NCBI GenBank assembly: GCA_966210515.1
Contig: CBIHLM010000003.1
Location: forward strand, 14,215 to 78,214
DNA length: 64,000 bases
Source of the DNA: an uncultured Pedobacter sp.
Lineage (GTDB): Bacteria; Bacteroidota; Bacteroidia; Sphingobacteriales; Sphingobacteriaceae
Reading direction: 5' to 3'
Positions 1-9,834 of the stretch are shown one piece after another. The notes below the pieces were generated by a model that searched no databases, had not been told where the DNA came from, and was given only the letters and a program-made list of their open reading frames with translations. The position numbers were made by a program, and so were the translations under genes. Positions within the stretch are counted from its first letter, which is position 1; each line of letters opens with the position of its first letter.

Positions 1-339
1 GTATTTTACAATACCCTCTCCTCCATAACTCGTTCTGATACCTGTAGCATGAAAAATTATATATGACACGAGAAACAGGGATGAAAGAATGAAAGTCGTA
101 ATATTTAGAATCTTATGTGTTTGAATATTGCCGCCTTTAATTTGATACAGAGAAACCAATAACAACACACTACAGGTTCCGTTTATTATTGCATTTAATT
201 TTGGAAGAAAAAACACCCATGCCGGAACTTCTGAGCCTGCCGGAAAAACAGTGATGACATGACTTTGCAGGATCAAAACAACAAGAAATACTATAACTGA
301 AACTGATGATATTAAACGGACAGCAACTTTATCGTTCAT
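1..339 (-). CDS. DUF420 (YozB/CtaM-like) membrane protein, 3' end beyond window edge
   Basis: Not in the ORF track because it has no stop in the window. Translated by hand from ATG 339: MNDKVAVRLISSVSVIVFLVVLIL...LPKLNAIINGTCSVLLLVSLYQIKGGNIQTHK...FLVSYIIFH..., open for 113 codons to base 1. The LNAxIN...H...FLxxYxxxH pattern and the position after SCO fit DUF420. Confidence 0.85.
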   Translation of the reverse strand, partial: MNDKVAVRLISSVSVIVFLVVLILQSHVITVFPAGSEVPAWVFFLPKLNAIINGTCSVLLLVSLYQIKGGNIQTHKILNITTFILSSLFLVSYIIFHATGIRTSYGGEGIVKY

Positions 340-341
340 AC

Positions 342-1055
342 TTATTTTTTAGGTTTTAACGAGGTAACCTTGCGCAGCTCTTCTGTAATCTGAACTTTAA
401 TTTCGTCAATGAGTTTATCAACTTGTTCCTTGCTTGTTGAATTGTAATAACCACGTATTCGTTTATCCGGGTCGACAAGAATCAACATCGGGCTATGAAC
501 AACATTTTCAGAGTGGTTAGTTTCAGAAAATGCGTCTACCAAAAAATCTTTTTTAGCAAGTTCGAAAATAAAATCTTTGTTACCGGTAAGAAAACTCCAT
601 CTGATTGGATTTGCATTTAAAGAGTTAGCATAAGAATTTAGAACGGCTGGTGTATCATGTTCAGGATCGACCGAAATGGAATAAAACTTAAGCATTTTAT
701 TGGCAGGATACTGAGCCACGACACGAGCCATCTGGCGATTCATTTCCTTACAAAAAGTCTTGCAATTTGTATAAAAAAAGTTCACCACTGTAATTTGATT
801 ACTGTCTGTGGGTATCCCGATGCTATCGCCGGTATTACTTAACAATTTAAAGTCACGCACAACATGATAAATTGTGTCTGGGATCTTTTCTCCACGTTTA
901 GAGTGAAAAGTAGAAGCAACTTTTTTAGGTCCGAAGATATCCAGAGGTTTATACCTATTCTGCCCCTTTTCGGTAAGTAAATAATATAAAAATCCTGGCA
1001 CCGCTAACAGGGATACCAGGATTATGATCTTTTTAATAGAAATTTTTTTATTCAT
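342..1055 (-). CDS. SCO1/SenC family copper chaperone
   Basis: N-terminal TM anchor, FFYTNCKTFC (CxxxC), SISVDPEHDTP and a conserved His in VVHS; lies in the oxidase operon. Confidence 0.92.
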   Translation of the reverse strand: MNKKISIKKIIILVSLLAVPGFLYYLLTEKGQNRYKPLDIFGPKKVASTFHSKRGEKIPDTIYHVVRDFKLLSNTGDSIGIPTDSNQITVVNFFYTNCKTFCKEMNRQMARVVAQYPANKMLKFYSISVDPEHDTPAVLNSYANSLNANPIRWSFLTGNKDFIFELAKKDFLVDAFSETNHSENVVHSPMLILVDPDKRIRGYYNSTSKEQVDKLIDEIKVQITEELRKVTSLKPKK

Positions 1056-1408
1056 TAATTCATGTGCACATTCAGGTATGCCCCTTCGGTAAGCATCAGC
1101 ACAATCAAATAAACAATAAAGATTAAGGACAAAACGATACTGGTTATCAATCCGTACTTCTCAAATTTTAAATGCATAAAATATGCTACTATATAGAAGG
1201 CTTTAAGTAAGGTCAATGCGATGTAAATAAAATTTCCAACGCCCTGGCTCATTATACCTTTTGGAATTAAAACCAATGCAATAATAAATTCAAGAGCGGT
1301 AATTCCTAAAAGGTAGAAAAATACTGTCCAAATCTTTTTCTTGGTCATCCCTGCATGCTCGCCATGCGCCTGTCCTTCTGCTGTATGTGTTGTATGTTCT
1401 GACGCCAT
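1055..1408 (-). CDS. Cytochrome c oxidase subunit IV family protein
   Basis: Three TM helices with the LTLLKAFYIVAYFMHLKFE motif; oxidase operon. Confidence 0.88.
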   Translation of the reverse strand: MASEHTTHTAEGQAHGEHAGMTKKKIWTVFFYLLGITALEFIIALVLIPKGIMSQGVGNFIYIALTLLKAFYIVAYFMHLKFEKYGLITSIVLSLIFIVYLIVLMLTEGAYLNVHMN

Positions 1409-1419
1409 ATTAAATTAAA

Positions 1420-2109
1420 TTAAACAAGATAAAAGAAAGTAAATACGAATACCCAAACCAGGTCTACAAAGTGCCAGTAAAGACCAACTTTTTCAACCAT
1501 CAGGTAACTACCTCTCTTGTGAAAAACATTTCCTACCGTCATCAAAAGAATAATGATATTAATGATTACCCCACTGAAAACGTGAAAACCGTGAAATCCA
1601 GTGATGGTAAAAAACAGGTTTGCAAACTGGGTAGCGCCAACCATATCACCCCCTTTGTAAAACTCCGGGATACTTCCCCACCAATACCCTTCATGATGAA
1701 GATGAGACCACTCTGCGGCCTGACATCCTAAGAATGTTGCGCCACCAATAATAGTCCATATCATCCAGGTAATTACTTCTTTCTTTGAATTTCTGTGGCC
1801 TGCTTCAACAGCAAGAACCATCGTTACAGAACTCATAATCAGGATAAAAGTCATTATTCCCACAAATACAAGGGGGGCACCATGATCAGTTATTCCGGGG
1901 ATAGATTGGAAAACTTCATCCGGATCAGGCCAGGTAAGTTTACTAAAGCGTTGTGCGCCGTAATAAACTAAGAATGCGGAAAATGTAAATGCATCCGAAA
2001 CAAGAAAAAACCACATCATTATTTTGCCATACTCGACATCAACTGGTGATTTTCCACCGTCCCAAGCACCGGTTTTTACTTCGTCTAATTGTGAAATAGT
2101 CGTACTCAT
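1420..2109 (-). CDS. Cytochrome c oxidase subunit III (CoxP-type)
   Basis: MWFFLVSDAFTF, FFTITGFHGFHV and GLYWHFVDLVWVFVF motifs of subunit III. Confidence 0.92.
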   Translation of the reverse strand: MSTTISQLDEVKTGAWDGGKSPVDVEYGKIMMWFFLVSDAFTFSAFLVYYGAQRFSKLTWPDPDEVFQSIPGITDHGAPLVFVGIMTFILIMSSVTMVLAVEAGHRNSKKEVITWMIWTIIGGATFLGCQAAEWSHLHHEGYWWGSIPEFYKGGDMVGATQFANLFFTITGFHGFHVFSGVIINIIILLMTVGNVFHKRGSYLMVEKVGLYWHFVDLVWVFVFTFFYLV

Positions 2110-2118
2110 TACGTTATT

Positions 2119-2697
2119 TTATTGGTTCAAAAGTAAGAAAACATATAAATAAATCCATAGTATATCTATAAAATGCCAAAATATAGATGTCACTTCCAAA
2201 CGGAAGGTATTTCGAACCGGAGAAATGCCGGTAAGCTTTCCGGTAATAGCTTTGAAAAGCAAAGCTAATCCAACGACAATGTGCAGCAAATGGGCGGCTG
2301 TAAACACATAGATAAAAGAATGTGATGCGTTTGGATTGACAAAGGTTACACCCTGATTAAAAAGTGTTACCCAAGCCTGAAACTGAAATAAAAGAAAAGC
2401 TATGCCCAGGACAATTGTTATAGCAAGATATAAATTTTGCTTACTAAACTGAAGTTTCTTGCCCGCGCTGTAAGCCAGATGCATAGTTACACTACTTAGA
2501 AGGATCACTAATGTGCTATATTTAAACACTTCCGGAAGAAGAGTCTTTATTCCTCTTGATGGATCACCGGCTGTATAAACTATATAACCGCTGGTAAGTC
2601 CGGCAAAGAAAATAAATGATGAAACCAAAAATAACCACATCATAAACTTGCGTGCTCTCAGGTTTTCTCTGTCCTGATCAATAGGATTCGGAGTCAT
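2119..2697 (-). CDS. Cytochrome c oxidase subunit III (CoxO-type), second paralog
   Basis: MWLFLVSSFIFFAGLTSGY, HLLHIVVG and FWHFIDILWIYLY motifs. Start reassigned to ATG 2697 (MTPNPID) to avoid a long overlap with cyoE. Confidence 0.9.
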   Translation of the reverse strand: MTPNPIDQDRENLRARKFMMWLFLVSSFIFFAGLTSGYIVYTAGDPSRGIKTLLPEVFKYSTLVILLSSVTMHLAYSAGKKLQFSKQNLYLAITIVLGIAFLLFQFQAWVTLFNQGVTFVNPNASHSFIYVFTAAHLLHIVVGLALLFKAITGKLTGISPVRNTFRLEVTSIFWHFIDILWIYLYVFLLLNQ

Positions 2698-2710
2698 AAT
2701 ATCTATAGAA

Positions 2711-3583
2711 TTACTTAACATAATCAAACAATAATACCAATTGTACCAACGGTAGATAGAAGAAAGAACCAAACATTACTTTTCGGGCAGATTCTATATC
2801 TAATTTTTTTAGAAGATTAAAAGCGGACCAACAAAATAGTAAACCTGCTATAAGCGAAACTCCGCCGATTATGTAACCACCAAATCCCATGATGGTTGGC
2901 AATAAACTAACAGGAATCAAAATAATAGTTGAAAGAAAGGTTATCATAGCGCTGGTCCTGTCGCGTTTAGTAGTGGGCAACAGCCTGAAACCGGCCTTTT
3001 TATAATCATCATCTAACACCCAGGCTATAGCCCAAAAGTGAGGAAATTGCCATACAAACTGGATAAGGAAAAGAATAATCGGGACCCAGGAGATTTGTGG
3101 ATGCTCGAATGCAGCAAAGTATCCGATAAGAGGAGGTAAGGCCCCGGGAAAAGCGCCTATAAAAACTGCGATAGGGGTTCTTCTTTTTGAAGGAGTATAG
3201 ACAAATGCATACAGGAAAATCGAGAAAACAGAGAGAACGCCTGTCAAAAAATTCAGCTTTACCAATATCAACGTGCCCGCTATTCCCATAAACAAACTAA
3301 GCACCAGTGCTTGTCCTGTGGTCATCCTTCCCGCGGGAATTGGCCTGTCACTGGTGCGTACCATTAACTTATCAAGATCTTTCTCGATGATTTCATTAAA
3401 CCCATTTGCTGCCCCTGTAACTAAAAAGCCACCAATGGTTAAAATCAGCCAGTTTGTCCAGTTAATAAACTCCTGCTCTTTACTCCCTATCAAAAAGGAA
3501 ACAGAGGCAGAAAACACCACAAGAAAAGTAAGTCTTAACTTAATTAACTTTTTAAAATCTGAAATAAAACTTCCTTCTGTCAC
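2711..3583 (-). CDS. cyoE: Protoheme IX farnesyltransferase (heme O synthase)
   Basis: NEIIEKDLDKLMVRTSDRPIPAGR and WQFPHFWAIAW UbiA/CyoE motifs; GTG start abutting the ctaA stop. Confidence 0.96.
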   Translation of the reverse strand: MTEGSFISDFKKLIKLRLTFLVVFSASVSFLIGSKEQEFINWTNWLILTIGGFLVTGAANGFNEIIEKDLDKLMVRTSDRPIPAGRMTTGQALVLSLFMGIAGTLILVKLNFLTGVLSVFSIFLYAFVYTPSKRRTPIAVFIGAFPGALPPLIGYFAAFEHPQISWVPIILFLIQFVWQFPHFWAIAWVLDDDYKKAGFRLLPTTKRDRTSAMITFLSTIILIPVSLLPTIMGFGGYIIGGVSLIAGLLFCWSAFNLLKKLDIESARKVMFGSFFYLPLVQLVLLFDYVK

Positions 3584-4654
3584 TTATCTTACAATTCTGG
3601 ATTTATATAATTTATTCTGCTTCAATAATAAAAACAGGTAATACTGCGCACCAAATATTAAACTAGCCAGAAACAAATGAACTGTCTGAGCAATAGGTGG
3701 CAAAGCAAGGCGGGAGAGAATGATTCCTGTAACGATTTGGGCAATTATTAACAATGTTATATAGATCATGTACCTAAAATGAAGGGTATTTCCCAAATAT
3801 TTTCTCCTTATTAATACCAGCAAAACCAAATTGAAGATAAAAACAACAATTGCCAGATCGCGGTGCAAATTGAACTGGAAACCGACCTTCTGCATCCATT
3901 CAGGCCGTCCCAAATAATTCATCGATTCTGCAACAGCGTCTATTTCTTCTCTAACTTCTGTACCCAGTGCAATTTGAATGATAGTTAAAAATAATGCGAT
4001 AACAGTTACCACCCGAATTCCGCCAGCATGCTGATTCGACAAGAGGCTTCGATCCCTTAAAATTCTGGCCTGGAAGTATGTATAAATGCTAACAGCAACA
4101 ATCGCCAAGGCCAAGAGCATATGAACGGTAACTACCCATGACAGCAAATTTGTCGAAACAACGATAGATCCTAACCAGGCCTGAAAAACAACCAATATTA
4201 GGTTGAGCCAACTTAAAAAGAATATACGTTTCCGCGACTTTAAATAGGTTAAGGATAGAAGAGCACAGCCCAGCAGAAGAAACCCAGTGAGCGCGCCAAT
4301 CAATCGGTTGACATACTCAGTCCATGTTTTAGCCGCATTGAATTCTTCTGGATGTAAAATAGTTCTATCCTCCCGAATACGAGAAGCCAATTCACCAAAA
4401 CCCAAAACGTCAAGACTGCGTGCAAATCGTTCATTCTTCTTTACACGCTGTTGAACAAATCTCTGCTGATAACCGTGCGGAAGCTGAGATTCATTTGTAG
4501 GAGGAACTATTCTGTCAAAACATTTAGGCCAATCCGGGCATCCCATACCCGATCCGGTACTGCGCACTATGCCGCCTGCAAGAATCAGTACAAAAAGAAA
4601 TACAATGGCGAGGAAATTGGCCGCCAAAAATCTTCTTTCACTTGAGGGATACAT
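3584..4654 (-). CDS. ctaA: Heme A synthase (COX15/CtaA)
   Basis: GGIVRSTGSGMGCPDWPKC, EYVNRLIG, conserved His in VTVHMLLA, NLHRD and TVHLFLA. Confidence 0.93.
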   Translation of the reverse strand: MYPSSERRFLAANFLAIVFLFVLILAGGIVRSTGSGMGCPDWPKCFDRIVPPTNESQLPHGYQQRFVQQRVKKNERFARSLDVLGFGELASRIREDRTILHPEEFNAAKTWTEYVNRLIGALTGFLLLGCALLSLTYLKSRKRIFFLSWLNLILVVFQAWLGSIVVSTNLLSWVVTVHMLLALAIVAVSIYTYFQARILRDRSLLSNQHAGGIRVVTVIALFLTIIQIALGTEVREEIDAVAESMNYLGRPEWMQKVGFQFNLHRDLAIVVFIFNLVLLVLIRRKYLGNTLHFRYMIYITLLIIAQIVTGIILSRLALPPIAQTVHLFLASLIFGAQYYLFLLLKQNKLYKSRIVR

Positions 4655-4660
4655 AGTTTG

Positions 4661-4712
4661 AAAATAAATTGGGGTATCCCAGTAAGCAATGAACTTACAG
4701 CAGATACCCCAA
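4661..4712 (-). terminator. Intrinsic-terminator-like stem-loop inside the respiratory operon (between ctaD and ctaA)
   Basis: Minus strand: TTGGGGTATC..GTAAG-TTCATTG-CTTAC..GATACCCCAA followed by TTTATTTT; perfect 10-bp outer stem. Confidence 0.7.
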
Positions 4713-4730
4713 ACCTTATTTAATATATAA

Positions 4731-6623
4731 TTAAACGCCTTGTTCAGCTTCTGCCTGTTGCTTTTTCTGCCATTCTAATTGTATTCTTTCCGCCTCAGGA
4801 TTTCCTTCAAAGTCGTGAGGCAAGTTTGAACTCATAGTTTGAGAGAAAGGAGTTGTCTGCGGAATAAAGTCCTCCGCGTGACCAGGCTTACTGTAATCGT
4901 ATGGCCAACGGTATACTGTTGGAATCTCGCCAGGCCAGTTCCCGTGAAGGTGCTCCACAGGAGTTGTCCATTCCATTGTATTTGATTCCCACGGATTTTG
5001 AGTAGCCTTTTTACCGTAAAATATTGAATAGAAAAAATTCCAAAGGAAAGCGACCTGCCCTAAAGCTGCGATGATTGCAGCCCATGAAACAAAGGTATTT
5101 ACCGTTAACCATTCTTTCATGAATTCGAATTCGGTGAAAGCATAATAACGACGAGGTACGCCATCAAGTCCCATAAAGTGCATTGGGAAGAATACCAGGT
5201 ATGCTCCAATGAATGTAAACCAGAAGTGTAAATAACCAAGTTTCTCGTCCATTAACCTTCCAAACATCTTAGGATACCAGTGGTACACACCACAAAGCAT
5301 TCCGCAAATTGCTGCAGACCCCATCACAAGGTGAAAGTGTGCGACAACGAAATATGTATCATGTAAAGGAATATCTAAAGCTGCATTACCAAGGAAAATA
5401 CCTGTTAAACCACCAGAGATGAAGAACGAAACCAAACCGATTGCAAACATCATAGCCGGAGTGAAACGGATATTTCCGCGCCAGATAGTAGCCAGCCAGT
5501 TAAATGATTTCACGGCAGAAGGCACCGCAATAATCAAGGTTGTTATCATGAACACCCCGCCTAAAAACGGATTCATCCCGGTAACAAACATATGGTGTCC
5601 CCACACAATAAAGGATAATACACTAATTCCAATTAAAGAGTAAACCATGGCATGATACCCAAAAATTGGTTTACGTGAATTTGTAGCCATTACCTCAGAA
5701 GCTATACCCATTGCAGGCATAATCACGATGTACACTTCGGGGTGGCCAAGGAACCAGAACAAATGCTGAAACAAGATTGGGCTACCACCTTGCTGAGGTA
5801 ATACCTGACCCTGAACAACAATTTCCGATAAATAAAAGCTTGTTCCGAAACTACGATCAAATATCAATAATACAACACCGGCAACGAGTACAGGAAATGA
5901 TAACACACCCAAAATCGCTGTTAAGAAAAATGACCAGATTGTTAATGGCATTTTCCACATATCCATCCCTTTTGTACGCATATTAAGCACTGTACTGATG
6001 TAATTTAGTGCTCCCATTAATGATGATGCAATAAAAAACACCATACTGATCAACCATAAAGTCATACCTGCAGCCGATCCTGATATTGATTGGGGCAACG
6101 CAGACAGAGGAGGATAAATAGTCCAACCAGCACTTGCAGGTCCACTCTCCACAAAGAAAGATGCCATCATTATAACACAAGCTGTAAAGAAGAACCAAAA
6201 TGATAACATATTTACAAACGGAGATGCCATATCGCGGGCACCAATTTGTAAGGGAATTAATAGGTTACTAAAAGTTCCGCTTAATCCGGCAGTAAGTACA
6301 AAGAATACCATAATGGTACCATGTATGGTAACTAAAGCCAAATAAAAATCCGGTTTAATCCTGCCACCCTCTGCCCATTTTCCAAGAAAAGTTTCCAACA
6401 GAGGGAAGCTTTGATCAGGCCATCCAAGCTGGATACGGAAAAGTATAGAAAGAAGCATCCCAATAACCGCCATAATAATACCGGTGATAAGGAATTGCTT
6501 TGCAATCATTTTATGATCCTGACTAAATACATATTTAGTCAGAAAAGTCTCATGGTGATGACCATGATCATCGTGGCTATGTCCAGAATGCTCTAATGTA
6601 TGCTGAATCGCTGTGCTTGCCAT
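4731..6623 (-). CDS. ctaD: Cytochrome c oxidase subunit I (A1-type heme-copper oxidase)
   Basis: TIHGTIMVFF, FWFLGHPEVY (A1-type GHPEV), WGHHMF and AHFHLV metal-ligand motifs. Confidence 0.98.
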   Translation of the reverse strand: MASTAIQHTLEHSGHSHDDHGHHHETFLTKYVFSQDHKMIAKQFLITGIIMAVIGMLLSILFRIQLGWPDQSFPLLETFLGKWAEGGRIKPDFYLALVTIHGTIMVFFVLTAGLSGTFSNLLIPLQIGARDMASPFVNMLSFWFFFTACVIMMASFFVESGPASAGWTIYPPLSALPQSISGSAAGMTLWLISMVFFIASSLMGALNYISTVLNMRTKGMDMWKMPLTIWSFFLTAILGVLSFPVLVAGVVLLIFDRSFGTSFYLSEIVVQGQVLPQQGGSPILFQHLFWFLGHPEVYIVIMPAMGIASEVMATNSRKPIFGYHAMVYSLIGISVLSFIVWGHHMFVTGMNPFLGGVFMITTLIIAVPSAVKSFNWLATIWRGNIRFTPAMMFAIGLVSFFISGGLTGIFLGNAALDIPLHDTYFVVAHFHLVMGSAAICGMLCGVYHWYPKMFGRLMDEKLGYLHFWFTFIGAYLVFFPMHFMGLDGVPRRYYAFTEFEFMKEWLTVNTFVSWAAIIAALGQVAFLWNFFYSIFYGKKATQNPWESNTMEWTTPVEHLHGNWPGEIPTVYRWPYDYSKPGHAEDFIPQTTPFSQTMSSNLPHDFEGNPEAERIQLEWQKKQQAEAEQGV

Positions 6624-6641
6624 ATCTCGCTGTATCTGAAA

Positions 6642-7952
6642 TTATTTGTTTAATGCTAATTTATTATTTGCTGAAGCTTCGATCTTCTCAGCCGCCTGCA
6701 GCTCTTTCTTCATATCATCGTTGAAGAATAAAGGTTGTTTCGCTATCCACTCTGCGTATTCAGACTCACTAACAACTTTAACAACGTATTGCATGTTATA
6801 ATGCCCGGCACCACAAATCTTTGCACATAATAATGTATAATTAAATGCAGCGTTGCCAGTTTTCTCACGCATCTGCTCCGTTGTCAAAATCGGAGTAATT
6901 TGAAAATATGTAGGCATCCCGGGAACTGCGTTGATTTGAGCTCTAAAGTCAGGAAGGTAAAAGCTATGTAAAACGTCTTTCGAACGAATAGTAAATCGTA
7001 CCGGCTTTCCAACAGGCAACACAATCTCGCCACCCAGTTTATCGTCCCAGCTTTTTGGATCTTTAAAATCAATACCCAGAGAGTTTGTCGGGCTGGTAAG
7101 TTTATAATTTCTTAGACCCAATTCATTGTTATCTCCGGCATATCTCACGTTCCATTTAAATTGCTCGCCAGTTACTTCAATACTCAAAGCGCTTTTTATA
7201 TCGGCATCAGATGGACTGGTGATTGTCCTCCAGGTAAAGAATCCGTATAAAACCAAAACAGTAAGGGCAAGAGCAGGGATGATCGTCCAAAGTCGCTCAA
7301 TGAAATTATTGTGAGGGTAGAAGTATGCCTTACGATTATCATTTGCGGAATATCTGAAGGCAAATCCAAATAATAAAATTTGAGTAATAACAAAGACAAT
7401 TGTTGTAATCACAATTGTAGTCATCATCATAGAATCTAAAACCAGACCGTGTTCAGAAGCTGAGGCGCCCGAAGACATGTTTCCCCAAACCTTGTACGAC
7501 CAGTATGTACCGTAAAGACCTAAAACAAGAGTTATAGCGAAAAGAACACCTTGGATTTTGTTCCAGTTAAGATGTTTCTTCTTACCGTGAATCTCGCTGG
7601 TTAACTCGTATACCCTCAATACTTTTCCTATAATGGCAATGAAAACGCACAAAAGGAAAAAGGCTAAGAGATAATAAGATACCGATTTATATAACTCTGT
7701 ATTGTCTTTAACTTCAGCAGTTTCAAGTGTACTTGCATCGTCTTCAGCCGTTTCTGTGATTTCTACCGGAGTATCCCCGATTGAACCGATTGAAGAGTTA
7801 ATTTGCTGTGCTGTATCGGTCGCTGCTGCTGTATCTGCTGCAACCGTCTGTTCTAATGCGCCTTGTGCGTTAGCAAAACCAGAGACAGCCATCAGGCAAA
7901 CAAACATTATGATAGAGAATATTCTGCCTTTTATTGATTTATTAAACCTCAT
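6642..7952 (-). CDS. ctaC: Cytochrome c oxidase subunit II with N-terminal extension
   Basis: DVLHSF and CAKICGAGHYNM CuA ligands; signal peptide ANA|Q, an acidic linker and extra TM helices at the N-terminus. Confidence 0.95.
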   Translation of the reverse strand: MRFNKSIKGRIFSIIMFVCLMAVSGFANAQGALEQTVAADTAAATDTAQQINSSIGSIGDTPVEITETAEDDASTLETAEVKDNTELYKSVSYYLLAFFLLCVFIAIIGKVLRVYELTSEIHGKKKHLNWNKIQGVLFAITLVLGLYGTYWSYKVWGNMSSGASASEHGLVLDSMMMTTIVITTIVFVITQILLFGFAFRYSANDNRKAYFYPHNNFIERLWTIIPALALTVLVLYGFFTWRTITSPSDADIKSALSIEVTGEQFKWNVRYAGDNNELGLRNYKLTSPTNSLGIDFKDPKSWDDKLGGEIVLPVGKPVRFTIRSKDVLHSFYLPDFRAQINAVPGMPTYFQITPILTTEQMREKTGNAAFNYTLLCAKICGAGHYNMQYVVKVVSESEYAEWIAKQPLFFNDDMKKELQAAEKIEASANNKLALNK

Positions 7953-7990
7953 TTTTTTATTTGCAATTCGTTAATAAATAGCTCTGTCTT

Positions 7991-9229
7991 TTAGATCTGA
8001 TGATGTAAGCTCTCCTCCAGTAATGGATGATTCTGCGGCACCAAAGGTTTGCTTGCAAGTTTGGTTAACATGAGGAACGTGAACAGCCCTACAAAACCGA
8101 TTGCAATTCCAATTTCTGTAATACCAAAATCACGATTGCTTTCTAAGCTACCAGGCATAATCATCATATAATAATCCAGCCAATGTCCACACAGCAATAG
8201 AATACAAACAAACATCAGTACGTTAATCTGGCGTTTTGCATCACGTGTCATAAGTATCAGAACCGGAGCCAGGAAATTAATCACGATGTTTAACCAAAAC
8301 CAGAACTGATATTCAGGCTCCCAACGTTTGTAGAAATAAACGGTTTCCTCAGGTATGTTAGCATACCAGATCAACAAAAATTGTGAGAACCAAACATATG
8401 TCCAGAAGATAGAGAACGCGAAGATAAACTTCCCTAGATCGTGTAAGTGATTATGATTAACCCATGTTAAATGACCCGCCTTTTTCAACAAAATAATTGT
8501 CAGAGTAATTGCGCATAATCCACTAACCCACATGGCTGCAAAATTGTACCAGCCGAACATGGTAGAGAACCAGTGAGCCTCTATTGACATGATAGTATCA
8601 AATGACCATATAGGAGTTGTGAAACCAAATATCACCAAAAATATAGTGGACATTTTAATACTCTTATTGTGATTTGACAATCCGCCAACTTTATCTTCAT
8701 TATTAGAGTAGCGTGTTAACAATAAAGCGAAAATGCTGTAAATACCCAAAAACACCACCTGACGTACCAGGAAAAATGGTACGTTCAAAAAGCTTGCCTT
8801 TTCGGCGATTATCGGATCAAAATTCTCATGTCCTTCTACCGTCAAGCCCTCATGATTCCAGTGATGATATAAGTTGTGGGTAAATAAACCAGCAGTTATA
8901 ATTGCGATCAATATTACTGCGGAGATAGGCAATACTTTCGCAAAAGCTTGCGGAATGCGAAGTAAGCCTGCGGACCAACCTGCCTGTGCAACAAATTGAA
9001 GAGCAACGAAAAATGCCCCTGCAGCGCATACGCAGGTAAAGTAATAACCCATTAAAAGAAGATTTGCGAATGTACGCTCCGCCCTGTGTGCTTCATGGGG
9101 ATCTAATAAGAATCCATAAGCTATTGCTAATACACCAATTAATATTGCAATGAGGCTCCAGGTTTTTGCTTTACCCGAGAATTCGAATTGTTCGCTGAAA
9201 TTATGTGTAGTATGATTGTGAGTTCCCAT
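7991..9229 (-). CDS. actF: Alternative complex III membrane subunit F
   Basis: Polytopic NrfD-like protein with WFSTMFGWY, HLHDLGK and WYANIPEET; position in the act cluster. Confidence 0.9.
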   Translation of the reverse strand: MGTHNHTTHNFSEQFEFSGKAKTWSLIAILIGVLAIAYGFLLDPHEAHRAERTFANLLLMGYYFTCVCAAGAFFVALQFVAQAGWSAGLLRIPQAFAKVLPISAVILIAIITAGLFTHNLYHHWNHEGLTVEGHENFDPIIAEKASFLNVPFFLVRQVVFLGIYSIFALLLTRYSNNEDKVGGLSNHNKSIKMSTIFLVIFGFTTPIWSFDTIMSIEAHWFSTMFGWYNFAAMWVSGLCAITLTIILLKKAGHLTWVNHNHLHDLGKFIFAFSIFWTYVWFSQFLLIWYANIPEETVYFYKRWEPEYQFWFWLNIVINFLAPVLILMTRDAKRQINVLMFVCILLLCGHWLDYYMMIMPGSLESNRDFGITEIGIAIGFVGLFTFLMLTKLASKPLVPQNHPLLEESLHHQI

Positions 9230-9243
9230 TTTTTGGCTAAAAC

Positions 9244-9834
9244 TTAAAATTGAGCTTTTTGCAATTCATGAACATACATTACGATTTTCCATCGCTCTGT
9301 AGGAGAAAGTTGTGTACGATGGGGGCCCATAAGGTTTACACCGTAAGTAATTGTGTGGAATATTTTTCCGTCAGTTAAAGCACTCATCGCGCCTCCTCTT
9401 GACGAGTTTCCTGTTGAATACGAAGGTGGCGGAGGAAATTTATCAAGCTTAATAATGCTGCCATCTCCATTTCCTGTTGCACCGTGGCAATGAGAACACA
9501 TATTACGGTAAAGTGCTCTACCCTCTGCTAAAGAAGTCGGTGTTACGGGAACAGGATTTTTCAAACCGGTACTTGCCGCATTATAACCTTCCAATGTATT
9601 TGGATATTCTTCAACAACCCTGTCAAATCCAACCGGAGTGGTTCCTTCAGGAGGTAATTGAGCAGTTTGCTTGTTAGCGAAATTTTCATTTGCCTGATCC
9701 GGATTATAAGCAATCGGATCGTACATATTACGGGCATACTCCCACCCCGGACTTTTGTTATCACCGCATGATGATATAAAAGCCACAGATGCAGCAGTAA
9801 AAAAAGTAAGGCTTAATATCCTGAGCTTATTCAT
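9244..9834 (-). CDS. actE: Alternative complex III monoheme cytochrome c lipoprotein E
   Basis: Lipobox FISS|C and one CSHCH; start reassigned to ATG 9834, which overlaps the actD stop (ATGAATAA). Confidence 0.9.
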   Translation of the reverse strand: MNKLRILSLTFFTAASVAFISSCGDNKSPGWEYARNMYDPIAYNPDQANENFANKQTAQLPPEGTTPVGFDRVVEEYPNTLEGYNAASTGLKNPVPVTPTSLAEGRALYRNMCSHCHGATGNGDGSIIKLDKFPPPPSYSTGNSSRGGAMSALTDGKIFHTITYGVNLMGPHRTQLSPTERWKIVMYVHELQKAQF

